From the NCBI GenBank assembly GCA_007376295.1, contig VMGB01000001.1, positions 349,969 to 413,968 on the forward strand: a DNA stretch of 64,000 nt, given 5' to 3'. Positions 46,740 through 56,485 of this stretch are shown piece by piece. Under the pieces are notes generated by a model. It saw nothing but the letters and a program-made list of their open reading frames with translations, had not been told where the DNA came from and did no database searches. How positions within the stretch are numbered: the stretch's first letter is position 1; each line of letters opens with the position of its first letter. This stretch comes from Parcubacteria group bacterium Gr01-1014_13 (GTDB taxonomy: Bacteria; Patescibacteriota; Patescibacteriia; Magasanikbacterales; GWA2-37-8). Both the position numbers and the translations under genes were made by a program.

Positions 46740-48272
46740 ATGTCGAGACTACAACCAAAAATTCTTTTGGTTTACCCGCCTAACCAGCTGATGGCTATTG
46801 AAATGCCCCGGCCGGACGGTTCGCTCGGCCCATTGTACCTCAGCGGCGCTCTTCGCGACGCAGGGTTTGATGTTGATCTACTGGACGCTTCTGTCGGTAC
46901 AAACGAAGATAAGCTCAGTGATACGTTCCACAACCGAGTTCTCTTGCCGAACGGTCTAACCCGTATCGGCATGACCCCGGATCGCCTGCGGGAATACTTC
47001 GCCAAAGGCAACTTTGATATCGTAGGTATTAGCAGTAACTTCACCCCCCAGACCAAAATGGCTCTGGAGGTGGCAGGCATTGCTAAAGAAGTAAACCCCG
47101 AAACTCTAGTTATTGCGGGTGGTGTCAATGCCCGCGCACTTTCGGATCGTTTCCTAGCGAGTCGTTTGGTGGACGTGGTCATCCTCACCGAAGGTGAAAA
47201 AATCATCGTCGACCTGGCTCGTGCCTGGCAACAAAACACGTCGTTTGACAATGTAAATGGTATTAAATACTTGCGCACGGGATTCCCGGTGACTAGGCCA
47301 GTAACTCCGGAATTAATCTCGGATAATCTGGACAGTCTACCGATTCCAGCCTGGGATCTTCTACCACATGCCAAATACGACGAAATCAATAGTCCGCATG
47401 GTAGTATCATTAGCAGTCAGAAGCGGCGTTACGCCCCTATCATGACCTCGCGCGGCTGTCCGTTCCGCTGCGCATACTGCCACATTAGTGAAGAAAAAGA
47501 GGCCGGCTCCTTCACAGGCGATATCGGCTCATTGCGACTCAAATCGATTGATCGCGTTATGGAGGAACTAAAAAAATTACTCGCGCTTGGAGTAACCCAC
47601 CTCTATATCGAAGACGACAGTCTTCTCGCCAAAAAAGCTCGCATCAAAGATCTTTTTCATCGCCTTACCGGCCTTGGACTGAAGATTAGCGGTGTGAACG
47701 GCGTAAATCTAGTCCACTTTGGTATCCCGACTACAAACGGACGGCTAAAACCAGACGTTGGGTATCTGGAAATCCTAAAGGGTGCTGGATTTGATGAGAT
47801 TGTCTTCCCGGTAGAATCCGGAAATCAACGGATTCTTGATAAATACGCTACGTCTAAACTGCCTCTGGATAAACTTGATGTCATCCAACTCGTGCGCGAT
47901 GCGGTGGAAGTCGGAATTACCTGTCCAGTCAATATGATGGTTGGGTTCCCCGACGAAACTAAAGCCGAGATGAATGAGAGTGTTGAGCTGGCAAAGAAAC
48001 TCATCGATGCTGGTGCTCGATACGTAACGTTCTTTATTCCTATTCCGTTCCCCGGAAGCAAGCTATACCGTATGGCTATCGACGGGGGCCACTTGTCAGC
48101 TGATTTCGATCCGGACACGATGAATTGGAAAAATGCTGTCATGCAAAATACGACGGTGCCACCGGAGGAAGTGGTGGAATTCCGCGATTGGGCGTGGGAA
48201 ACAGTAAATAGCGAAGACTATAAGAAGAAACGTAAAGAAAGAGAAATTGGCGATCAGCGCTTTGCAAAATAA
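46740..48272 (+). CDS. B12-binding radical SAM enzyme (class B, cobalamin-dependent radical SAM methylase family)
   Basis: 510 aa with an N-terminal B12-binding-like Rossmann domain and a CxxxCxxC cluster motif (SRGCPFRCAYCH). The ORF is clearly GC-enriched (~50%) relative to flanking genes. Confidence 0.85.
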   Translation: MSRLQPKILLVYPPNQLMAIEMPRPDGSLGPLYLSGALRDAGFDVDLLDASVGTNEDKLSDTFHNRVLLPNGLTRIGMTPDRLREYFAKGNFDIVGISSNFTPQTKMALEVAGIAKEVNPETLVIAGGVNARALSDRFLASRLVDVVILTEGEKIIVDLARAWQQNTSFDNVNGIKYLRTGFPVTRPVTPELISDNLDSLPIPAWDLLPHAKYDEINSPHGSIISSQKRRYAPIMTSRGCPFRCAYCHISEEKEAGSFTGDIGSLRLKSIDRVMEELKKLLALGVTHLYIEDDSLLAKKARIKDLFHRLTGLGLKISGVNGVNLVHFGIPTTNGRLKPDVGYLEILKGAGFDEIVFPVESGNQRILDKYATSKLPLDKLDVIQLVRDAVEVGITCPVNMMVGFPDETKAEMNESVELAKKLIDAGARYVTFFIPIPFPGSKLYRMAIDGGHLSADFDPDTMNWKNAVMQNTTVPPEEVVEFRDWAWETVNSEDYKKKRKEREIGDQRFAK

Positions 48273-48279
48273 CAATACC

Positions 48280-48311
48280 CGAGATAGAACCTCCCTATCT
48301 CGTTTTTTTTT
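48280..48311 (+). terminator. rho-independent terminator (CGAGATAG...CTATCTCG + T9) for the radical SAM gene
   Basis: The hairpin overlaps the stop codon of the convergent GT2 gene and is followed by T9. Confidence 0.65.
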
Positions 48312-49128
48312 GACTTTTTTCTATCTGCCAAACTTGCCAATAAAGAGAGAAGTAATAAATATAATTATAAAAACAGAGTTTCCATCCCGTCCAACTGGCC
48401 CATAATCCGTTTTTAAATTGGCCGAGAAAATCTTTAATCGGGTTAACGATTAAATAAAACACGATATGTGTTCTTACTTTTTTTGCGTAAGTAATCCATT
48501 TCTCTGGGGTCGTATTAAAACATTCATAAGTTACTAATTCCGGAAAAAAATATCTGGCATGAATCGGAGACCACATTTCTCTTTTTCTTTTAACGGTGGC
48601 TCGCGAGATATTGTTATAAAGCGGGCGGTGTCGCAGATATATTTCTAACTTTTCAGTTTTACCGTCAACCTCTCCCATCGCATGAGGAATACCGACAAAA
48701 CGCATAGCCGATTTTTTGAAAAGACAGGCTTTTTGAATTCCTTTGCAGCGTAAAGTTTTTTTGCCGTCCCACATCTCCCAATTAAATATAAATCTATTAA
48801 CGCCATTTTGATTATTTACTTTTTCCCTGATTAACGGAAAATCTTTTTCTTCCAGAGATTCATCGGCATCCATAAGCAGGATCCAGTCTCCCACTGCGGT
48901 ATTAAAACAAAAAACAAAATGCAGAGTAGAAATCCCGGCATGCGGCCGCACAAAAACTTTGTCGGTATATTCTCTAGCTATTTCCAAAGTTTTGTCTTTG
49001 CATTCGCCATCATGTACCACAATAATTTCATCCACTAAACCTTTAATACTGTCCAAGCATTTTCGCACAATTTTTTCTTCGTTGTACACGATAAGACAGG
49101 CAGAAATTTTTTGCTTGCTATTTTCCAT
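48295..49128 (-). CDS. family-2 glycosyltransferase
   Basis: CLIVYNEEKIV, VVHDGECKDKT, MDADE. Confidence 0.7.
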   Translation of the reverse strand: MENSKQKISACLIVYNEEKIVRKCLDSIKGLVDEIIVVHDGECKDKTLEIAREYTDKVFVRPHAGISTLHFVFCFNTAVGDWILLMDADESLEEKDFPLIREKVNNQNGVNRFIFNWEMWDGKKTLRCKGIQKACLFKKSAMRFVGIPHAMGEVDGKTEKLEIYLRHRPLYNNISRATVKRKREMWSPIHARYFFPELVTYECFNTTPEKWITYAKKVRTHIVFYLIVNPIKDFLGQFKNGLWASWTGWKLCFYNYIYYFSLYWQVWQIEKSQKKTR

Positions 49129-49150
49129 ATGCTAATTAGCTGATTTTAAA

Positions 49151-49873
49151 TTACAGCTGCTGCATTGCTTTGCTAGCGTCATTGATAAATTGTACCACAG
49201 TTTCTTTGGTACGGGCAGAGAGAAGACATTTGGCGAGTACTTCCGGAGGAATAGTGAGAATGTGGGCTCCGCTTTTACCCCACAAATCTACGTTTTCCGG
49301 ACTGCGTACAGACCCAACGATAATTTCAATGTTTTTATAGTTATGAAAATCAAGCCATTGTCTGACATCTTCGAGGACTTTTTGCGCTTGCTCTACACCA
49401 TGTTCTTCTGAAATTCTACCGGCAAAAATACTTATATTATGAATTTTTCTTGCGCTAGTCTTCGCCATACCTGCATTGATTGCTTTGGCGGCAAGTATTG
49501 CCTGATTAAAGGTCATCATTGCTGTCACATTTACAGAAATACCTTCGCTAACCAGTCTGTAAATAGCAGGTAAAAGAGAATTACCATTGCGATCAGTAAT
49601 AGTTACTTTTACGGTGATGTTTTCTGCCCAGGTATTGAATTTTCTTGCCTGATTAAGAACCTGTTCTAAATCATCGCTTGTCACCTCAACGCTTAGTGGC
49701 TGGGGCGCAATTAAACGAGCGATTTCGATCAATCTTTGTTTCATTCCTTCTTCTCCGCCGGAAACGCCGGATTTTAAACAAATACTTGGGTTGGTAGTAA
49801 CTCCATCACAAATCCCCCAGCTTACATATTTTTCAATTTCCTTGATGTCAGCGCTGTCGATAAATATTTTCAT
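49151..49873 (-). CDS. tal: transaldolase / fructose-6-phosphate aldolase family (short type)
   Basis: 240 aa TIM-barrel Tal/Fsa signature (FIDSADIKEI...GVTTNPS). Confidence 0.75.
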   Translation of the reverse strand: MKIFIDSADIKEIEKYVSWGICDGVTTNPSICLKSGVSGGEEGMKQRLIEIARLIAPQPLSVEVTSDDLEQVLNQARKFNTWAENITVKVTITDRNGNSLLPAIYRLVSEGISVNVTAMMTFNQAILAAKAINAGMAKTSARKIHNISIFAGRISEEHGVEQAQKVLEDVRQWLDFHNYKNIEIIVGSVRSPENVDLWGKSGAHILTIPPEVLAKCLLSARTKETVVQFINDASKAMQQL

Positions 49874-49892
49874 ATAAATTACTGGTTTATTA

Positions 49893-50429
49893 TTAATTGA
49901 TAATTTCCAAAATAGAAAGTAAATCTTGTATTCGTGAGTCTGGTTCTAAATGATCATTACGGCCATCAGAGACAATCACAGACCGAACCCCGGCAGCTCT
50001 GGCAGCCAGAAGATCATTATCCGTGTCACCTATCATATATGATGATGGCAAATGAATATTCCATTTTTTTGCCGCATCCAGTAGCATGCCTGGGAGTGGT
50101 TTTTTGCAGAGACAGCCGTCATTACGACGATGAAAGCAGATAAAAATATCATCAAATGAAAGATTTTTTACCTCAGCCATTATGCGCTCGTGTTGTTCCT
50201 GGGGTAATTTACCATATGCTATATCCGGTTGGTTTGTAACTAGGATACGAAGATATCCTAGCTTACCAACAGCTTCCAATACTTCCTTAATCCCTGACTT
50301 GAAACGGAATTCACTGTGATGATGTGGCGCAGTAAAACGAACCTTCTTTTCTCCAACAAAAAAATTTTCGCCCCGATCTATAACTTCATTCACAACTCCA
50401 TCGCGGTCAAAAAAGACAGCCTTTACCAT
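49893..50429 (-). CDS. gmhB: D-glycero-D-manno-heptose 1,7-bisphosphate phosphatase (HAD-IIIA)
   Basis: FFDRDGVVN, NQPDIAYG, and a CxC zinc motif (CFHRRNDGCLCKKP). Confidence 0.75.
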   Translation of the reverse strand: MVKAVFFDRDGVVNEVIDRGENFFVGEKKVRFTAPHHHSEFRFKSGIKEVLEAVGKLGYLRILVTNQPDIAYGKLPQEQHERIMAEVKNLSFDDIFICFHRRNDGCLCKKPLPGMLLDAAKKWNIHLPSSYMIGDTDNDLLAARAAGVRSVIVSDGRNDHLEPDSRIQDLLSILEIIN

Positions 50430-50435
50430 AATATT

Positions 50436-51020
50436 TTAATAACCACTTTGCTGTTTTAACAAATTTATCAATAAATGGTTAACTACTAATTGATAATCTT
50501 CAGTGTGAGGAGTTACCATGGATTCTTCGATTTTTGGCACAACTAAACAAGCGTCGGCAACCTGAGCAGCGACACCAGTCTCCCTGCCAACCACAGCCAG
50601 AATTCTTGCACCCACAACTTTGGCATATTCCATAGCCTTGACTAAATTTCCAGAAATATTTTGAGTTCCTCCGTTAACAGAGAAAATAAATAGGCAGTCT
50701 TTAGCAGTAAGATTATGCATTTCCAGTTGACGTTTAAAAACAGAATCCCAGCCTTCGTCGTTGGCTAACGCGCTAAACAAGCCCACGTTATCGGTAAGAC
50801 AAAAAGTAGAGATATTGGCAATTTTATTAAAGTCGTTGGTAGCGTGGGAAGCCGAAGCTCCTCCTCCACCTATACCCAAAAAGAAAACTCTGCCTTTGAG
50901 TTCGCGTGTAATAGATAAAATATCAGCCATTTTTTCCAAACGTTCTCGACTGCACTCATTGGCAATTTGAGCTGTTCTTTTTAGGTACTGATCTATAAAA
51001 TTGTGCTTGTCCATAACCAT
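50436..51020 (-). CDS. gmhA: phosphoheptose isomerase (SIS domain)
   Basis: RVFFLGIGGGGASASHATNDF and SVNGGT. Confidence 0.8.
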   Translation of the reverse strand: MVMDKHNFIDQYLKRTAQIANECSRERLEKMADILSITRELKGRVFFLGIGGGGASASHATNDFNKIANISTFCLTDNVGLFSALANDEGWDSVFKRQLEMHNLTAKDCLFIFSVNGGTQNISGNLVKAMEYAKVVGARILAVVGRETGVAAQVADACLVVPKIEESMVTPHTEDYQLVVNHLLINLLKQQSGY

Positions 51021-51115
51021 GAAAATTAAAAAAATATCAAAAAAACTGACCCCCTTAATTAATACTAACGTTACCTTTTTTTGCCAAGAATGTCAATAAT
51101 CGACCTGCTCTGTGC

Positions 51116-52111
51116 CTAGTCAAAATCAACCATTGTCTTTGCCCCTTCTTTTTCAAATCTAAAGGGCATTTCTTTCAAACCGTTGGTTTTCATCGCTTCA
51201 CGCACGCTTTTTCTCTCTTTATCTCCAGGACAATAAAATACCAAAAATCCACCGCCGCCGGCTCCCATAATTTTGCCACCCAAAGACCCATTTTCTTTGG
51301 CCAAAGCATAAAGCCTGTCAATATTTGGATCAGACATTTTTGTAGACATTGTTTTTTTGATTCGCCAATGCTCATCCATTAATCTACCAAAATTATCCAA
51401 ATTACCACCTTGAATAGAATTTTTAATTTCCATTCCAATCTCTTTAATCTGTAATAGCGATTTAGTCACATCACTTTCTTTTTTCTCAGCCGCAGCGCTC
51501 TGCTCGCCCAAAATTACCATAGCACTTCGAGAAATACCCGTATAAAATAATAGTAACTTATTTTGCAAATCTTCTACTGTTTCACGAGCAATTGCCGCAT
51601 CAGATACCTGCACGGCTCCATTTTTATCAATATTCATTATCGTAAAACCGCCATAGGCTGCCAAATATTGGTCCTGCTTGCCCACAGGCTTATGTAGTAA
51701 GTCAATTTCGATATGACAAGCTAGTTCTGCCAGTTCTTGAACTCCGGAACCCCTACGGGTTAATGTCTGCAATCCTTTTAAAAGTCCAACCAAATAAGAA
51801 CCAGACGAACCCATCCCTGTACCTGCCGGCACATCGGCCGTGGAAGCGATTTCGATTTGGTCTTTAATGCCATAATATTCCAAAGCAGCCCGAGCCAAAT
51901 CATGCTCCAGTTGCGCGGTATTTTCTACAATCTCAATACGAGAATATTTTACACGAACAAGCGAATCCAAAATCGGTCGATTGATACTTATATACATGTA
52001 CTTATCAATAGCGGCACTAAATACAAAACCGCCATGCTGTTTATAAAAAGCAGGCAAATCCGTACCGCCTCCGCCAAGCGGGATCCTAAATGGGGTGCGA
52101 GTTAAAATCAC
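51116..52111 (-). CDS. hddA: GHMP-family sugar kinase, D-glycero-D-manno-heptose 7-phosphate kinase-like
   Basis: GHMP motifs (PLGGGGTDLP; PAGTGMGSSGS). Embedded between gmhA and a heptose-1-P nucleotidyltransferase. Confidence 0.7.
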   Translation of the reverse strand: MILTRTPFRIPLGGGGTDLPAFYKQHGGFVFSAAIDKYMYISINRPILDSLVRVKYSRIEIVENTAQLEHDLARAALEYYGIKDQIEIASTADVPAGTGMGSSGSYLVGLLKGLQTLTRRGSGVQELAELACHIEIDLLHKPVGKQDQYLAAYGGFTIMNIDKNGAVQVSDAAIARETVEDLQNKLLLFYTGISRSAMVILGEQSAAAEKKESDVTKSLLQIKEIGMEIKNSIQGGNLDNFGRLMDEHWRIKKTMSTKMSDPNIDRLYALAKENGSLGGKIMGAGGGGFLVFYCPGDKERKSVREAMKTNGLKEMPFRFEKEGAKTMVDFD

Positions 52112-52115
52112 AATT

Positions 52116-52832
52116 TTATTTAATATTAGTAAAAAAATCTTGGGTCCGATGATAACCTTCTATGTTATCACAACCAAAAACATACTCTTCTTGGCTAAAT
52201 TGGTACGTGCCAATTTTAATATTGTCCCTCAAAAGCAATGGAAAAACATCCCAACCGAAATCATATTTCTGCCCCTCGGGAATATATTTAAAAATCTCCG
52301 GTTCAAGAACATATGATCCCGCGCTCACCAAACTGCTCATTTCATCGGCATTTTCCATGAACTCTTTGACGCTTCTATCAGAATTAAGCAAAACCCGACC
52401 CCGACCGATACCACTATTTTTATTTTTAGTCATGTCGTGAATAGCCATCGTACAAATAGTTTCATTTTTCTGATGAGCTAACAAAAGATTTTCTAAATTA
52501 CAATTGGTAACATTATCACCATACAAAAGAAAAAATGGTTCGGTAAATTCTTTTTCCACTTTCTTCACCGCCCCTGCGCTACCTAAGAGCTCTTCTTCTC
52601 TGGAATAAACAATGGACACGCCGAATTTTGAGCCATCTTGAAAATAATCCATTATTTGATCGGCTTTATAGCAAACATTGATAATTATTTCCCGCACGCC
52701 ATATTGGCGCGCCAAATCAATATTGTGCTCTAAAATGGGCTTGCCGTTAATCTCAACCAAAACCTTAGGAATATTATCAGTAAGCGGACGGAGTCTAGTA
52801 CCCTCTCCGGCCGCCAAAATCATGGCTTTCAT
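52116..52832 (-). CDS. hddC: D-glycero-D-manno-heptose 1-phosphate guanylyltransferase-like nucleotidyltransferase
   Basis: ILAAGEGTRLRPLTDNIPK, 238 aa with no LbH tail. Context with gmhA, hddA and gmhB. Confidence 0.65.
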   Translation of the reverse strand: MKAMILAAGEGTRLRPLTDNIPKVLVEINGKPILEHNIDLARQYGVREIIINVCYKADQIMDYFQDGSKFGVSIVYSREEELLGSAGAVKKVEKEFTEPFFLLYGDNVTNCNLENLLLAHQKNETICTMAIHDMTKNKNSGIGRGRVLLNSDRSVKEFMENADEMSSLVSAGSYVLEPEIFKYIPEGQKYDFGWDVFPLLLRDNIKIGTYQFSQEEYVFGCDNIEGYHRTQDFFTNIK

Positions 52833-54166
52833 AATATCTTTTTTAATAATGTTTGCGACTTTCTTTTATATTTTAGATAGCACAACCAAATCTTTTCCAA
52901 GATAGAATCAGGATACTCTTTTCCATAAATATCTTCAAGTCGTCTGTAATACTCTTCGAACCAACTTTTTATACTATTTTCATCCGGAAAAAAATTGTTA
53001 GAAGCGTAATATGCCAAAATATTTGGCGACAATTCGATTTTTTTATCCAACGCGCTCTCAATAAATATTTTTTCAAATGTTTTTATACCTATTCTGGCAT
53101 CGTATTTTTCTAGTACCTCTGTATGATTTTTTTCTCCCATTCGGGCAACTTCTTCTAAATGGTGATATAGGTAATCAACCGCTTTGGCCATAGCAGCTCC
53201 GCTCTCAACCACATAACCATTAACCCCATTTTTAATTTGTTCTATCTGACCATTATCCTTGGTATGACTTTTGCCCAACGTAAATCTAGGAAATGGCGTA
53301 GATTTAACTACAACAGGTTTCTTAAAAAACATAGCCTCGGCAATTGTGGAACAGCTGCATTCCCCTATGTGACTATCGTGCACAAAAACATCAATGGCCG
53401 AATAAAAAAGCCCGAGCTCCTTGTCCGAAGAAGTCATATCAAGCATTATCAGATTTTCCGGTGTGCCGGCAGCAATAAGTAAGTTCTTTCTTTCCTCCGG
53501 AACCCCATAAATCAAAAATTTTATTTTTGGATTCATTTTACAAAGCCTTTTCCACATCACCAACATTTCATCATCCCATTTTTCCATTACCGGCCTGGCC
53601 GCCCTGCCTATCACAAAACTTCCTTCCAAACCCAATTTCATCTTGTAATCTTTTATCTCCGCTTCTGTAGGCATATTTTCTTGCCAGTGCTCACAATTTA
53701 CCAGCCCATACACTGTCTTGAGTTTTTTAAAATCAAATTTTATCTTATTTTGCACGCAATATTTTACAAGGTTGGTCTGACTAACAAAGACATGCTTATC
53801 ACAGCGCTGACCAAAATAGCCTTTATCAAGCACACTGAAGGTGTTCATTTCTAAAAGCGATATGCTATCGCCGATTTCTTTTGCCACCGCATCATGAGCC
53901 GGCTCGTTTCTGCCATGTCTGTGCGTATATACAACATCAATATTGTTGTCTTTCAAGGTCTGAGCTATTTCTTTAGGATCGGAAATAAAGAAAATTTTAT
54001 CGCTATCAATAGATTTGGACCGTGGATCATCTTTAGAACCCATTGAAATCACAAAATGACTGAAAAATTCCTTGTTCAGATTCTTATTCATTGTAATAAT
54101 TTCTCTGGCCGTACCCCCTATGCCCATGCCGTTGGTCAGAGAAGCAACTCTTATTTTATTGGTCAT
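52829..54166 (-). CDS. GT-B (family-4-like) glycosyltransferase with C-terminal extension
   Basis: EX7E-like motif (GECSCSTIAEAMFFKKPVV) and a two-Rossmann layout. Confidence 0.5.
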   Translation of the reverse strand: MTNKIRVASLTNGMGIGGTAREIITMNKNLNKEFFSHFVISMGSKDDPRSKSIDSDKIFFISDPKEIAQTLKDNNIDVVYTHRHGRNEPAHDAVAKEIGDSISLLEMNTFSVLDKGYFGQRCDKHVFVSQTNLVKYCVQNKIKFDFKKLKTVYGLVNCEHWQENMPTEAEIKDYKMKLGLEGSFVIGRAARPVMEKWDDEMLVMWKRLCKMNPKIKFLIYGVPEERKNLLIAAGTPENLIMLDMTSSDKELGLFYSAIDVFVHDSHIGECSCSTIAEAMFFKKPVVVKSTPFPRFTLGKSHTKDNGQIEQIKNGVNGYVVESGAAMAKAVDYLYHHLEEVARMGEKNHTEVLEKYDARIGIKTFEKIFIESALDKKIELSPNILAYYASNNFFPDENSIKSWFEEYYRRLEDIYGKEYPDSILEKIWLCYLKYKRKSQTLLKKIL

Positions 54167-54833
54167 TTTTTTTATTCTTAGTTGCGACTAATATATACTG
54201 AATAGCTATTAACTTTGGCCAAAGAAAAAATAATTTTTGACCAATACCAAATAGCTTGTTTATGCCAAACCGTTCCCAGCCGCCATTTGATGGCCGCGCT
54301 TTTTCCAAATGCAAACCAGCTTGCTCGATTAATTCTTTCATTGTCTTTAGAGTGAAAAAACGCATATGGGTCCGATCCATTATACCACCATCCTTATAAT
54401 CCCAACGGCCAACTAACAATTCCCAACGTATGGAATAATGGGCGACATTCGGTAATGAGATCACAAATCTTCCTGTTGGTTTTAGAAATTTCTTTAAACC
54501 AATAAGTACCTGTAGAGGATCAGTCATATGCTCCAGCACGTCTCCCAAAAAAATAACGTCAAATTCTTGACCGGCCATTTCCGGCAAATTCAAAAATTCT
54601 TCAGCGGTATTTTTGAATAATTTAGTATAACCGTAATTTTTCGCGTCTTCATAGAGCTCTTGCACCGGCTCAACGCCCCAAACTTCACAATTTTTTTCCT
54701 TAATTAAATACTCACCCATATATCCACTGGCCGTGCCGATTTCCAAAACACGCGAACCTACGGGCACTTCTTGTAAAAGCAGCCAATGTGTTTGATACTT
54801 TCCGGAATCGTAACGATAATTGCGTTGTTGCAT
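54156..54833 (-). CDS. class I SAM-dependent methyltransferase
   Basis: Motif I VLEIGTASG, motif II DVIFLGDVLEH. Confidence 0.7.
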   Translation of the reverse strand: MQQRNYRYDSGKYQTHWLLLQEVPVGSRVLEIGTASGYMGEYLIKEKNCEVWGVEPVQELYEDAKNYGYTKLFKNTAEEFLNLPEMAGQEFDVIFLGDVLEHMTDPLQVLIGLKKFLKPTGRFVISLPNVAHYSIRWELLVGRWDYKDGGIMDRTHMRFFTLKTMKELIEQAGLHLEKARPSNGGWERFGINKLFGIGQKLFFLWPKLIAIQYILVATKNKKNDQ

Positions 54834-54839
54834 ATATTA

Positions 54840-55697
54840 CTATTTATTAAGCCAGGTATATTTATAACGTTTATGCATTATCTTATTCTTTAACGGCTGA
54901 TAAAGTTTTTTAAGATATGAGTAAATAAACTTTGGGGTTATCCTTTTAAAAACCCCAAAACAAAATGCGTAAATAGCACCCCATAAAAAAAATAGGTCAG
55001 TACGAATTCCCCCGAAATATTTCCGAGCAATGCTCCAATTTTCAAATCGAGCTTTCCACTGATTACTATGTGAAAAACCCATCGTTCCAACTTGATAAAT
55101 AACTGGCTCAACTTTTTTAAATCTGCGCCCTTCCGAAATACAACGAAGCACAAAGTCACCATCGCCCGAAACTTTATATTTCGTGTTAAACTTATATTTT
55201 TTCATAAGTTCAGTCCGAGCAAAAAGTGTTTGGTGTCCAAGCGGCAAGCCTTTCCAAGCTATACTCTTTACATCGTCATATGCCTCACATAATACCGCCT
55301 GACCGTTAATTTGGCCAATGAACCCCCCATACAAGCAGTCGGCTTGCTCAATCGTTGGGTCCGTAAATATTTTTTCGAAAACATCTGTTTGATAAAAATA
55401 ATCACCGCTGTTCATAAAATTTATCCACTCACCGGTAGTATGATCAATACCCTTATTCATAGCCTGAAATATTCCCCCATCTTTTTCACTTACCCAAAAA
55501 GCCAATCGATTTGCATATTTTTTTATAATATCAACTGTGCCATCGGTTGAACCCCCGTCTATAACAATATACTCAACATGTGGGTAAGTTTGATTTAGAA
55601 CACTAAGCATTGTTTGCTCAATATGCTCCACATCATTAAGCACTACGGTAACTATGGAAACCATAGGCGGTTTGAATTCTGTGGTATTGCTATTCAT
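54840..55697 (-). CDS. family-2 glycosyltransferase
   Basis: SIVTVVLNDVEH, VIDGGSTDGT, NSGD. Confidence 0.75.
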   Translation of the reverse strand: MNSNTTEFKPPMVSIVTVVLNDVEHIEQTMLSVLNQTYPHVEYIVIDGGSTDGTVDIIKKYANRLAFWVSEKDGGIFQAMNKGIDHTTGEWINFMNSGDYFYQTDVFEKIFTDPTIEQADCLYGGFIGQINGQAVLCEAYDDVKSIAWKGLPLGHQTLFARTELMKKYKFNTKYKVSGDGDFVLRCISEGRRFKKVEPVIYQVGTMGFSHSNQWKARFENWSIARKYFGGIRTDLFFLWGAIYAFCFGVFKRITPKFIYSYLKKLYQPLKNKIMHKRYKYTWLNK

Positions 55698-56482
55698 AAT
55701 CGGTTAATTACCCAAGCTACAATCAACTTGTTAAAATTAACAAATGACGTTATAGCGCCCATTTTAAACTCATTTTTATTTTGCAAAACTTCCGGAATTG
55801 GTTCGTTTATTTTCCTGCCAATAATAAAATATGTCAATCTTCTTTTTACTTTCCGATTACCGCCAGAGCTATAATCGGAATCATCTTTGGATGATCTGCG
55901 AAGATGAGTAGTATGCCAATATCTATTGGTTAAAAATCGGCTATTAGCTATTTTACAAAATTCCTCATTATCTTTATCTAATAATGTATCTTTGTTGTAG
56001 TCGCCTTGCCAATGCACACCCGAGGTAATTTTAATAAATCTTGGATAGTGAAAATCCTTTTTTCCTAAAATTTTTATAACTCCCTTGCGGTAATAAGTAT
56101 GATAAATATCTCCAACACATAGATAAAAAGGGGCTACCAAACACTCCACACCCGCATTTTCTGTAATTATTTTTTTAGCTTCACTCAAGACTCTGGCTGT
56201 CCAAATTTCGTCGCCATCTAAAATCATAAACCAATCTGTCTTTGTTCTATCCACCATTTCTTGCCGCAACTCGGTATGTCGCTTGCCGTCTGCCACGCCT
56301 TTTTCCTCAAAAATTATCTTATTCGGATACTCTTTTACCAAACTTTGAATAATGGCTACAGTTTTATCGGTAGAACCAGTATCAAAGACCATAACCTGGT
56401 CGACAAAATTAATTACCGACTTAATGGCGTAATAAATAAAATTTTCTTCATTTTTTACCAAACAATGGGCGGTAATTGACAT
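55694..56482 (-). CDS. family-2 glycosyltransferase
   Basis: CLVKNEENFI, FDTGSTDKT, LDGDE. Confidence 0.65.
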   Translation of the reverse strand: MSITAHCLVKNEENFIYYAIKSVINFVDQVMVFDTGSTDKTVAIIQSLVKEYPNKIIFEEKGVADGKRHTELRQEMVDRTKTDWFMILDGDEIWTARVLSEAKKIITENAGVECLVAPFYLCVGDIYHTYYRKGVIKILGKKDFHYPRFIKITSGVHWQGDYNKDTLLDKDNEEFCKIANSRFLTNRYWHTTHLRRSSKDDSDYSSGGNRKVKRRLTYFIIGRKINEPIPEVLQNKNEFKMGAITSFVNFNKLIVAWVINRL

Positions 56483-56485
56483 ATT

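Noticed and set aside
46772-47410. 212-aa antisense ORF (plus 47825-48142) inside the radical SAM gene
   Set aside because: Same GC-driven shadow-ORF artefact. The sense frame contains the CxxxCxxC motif and a coherent domain structure.
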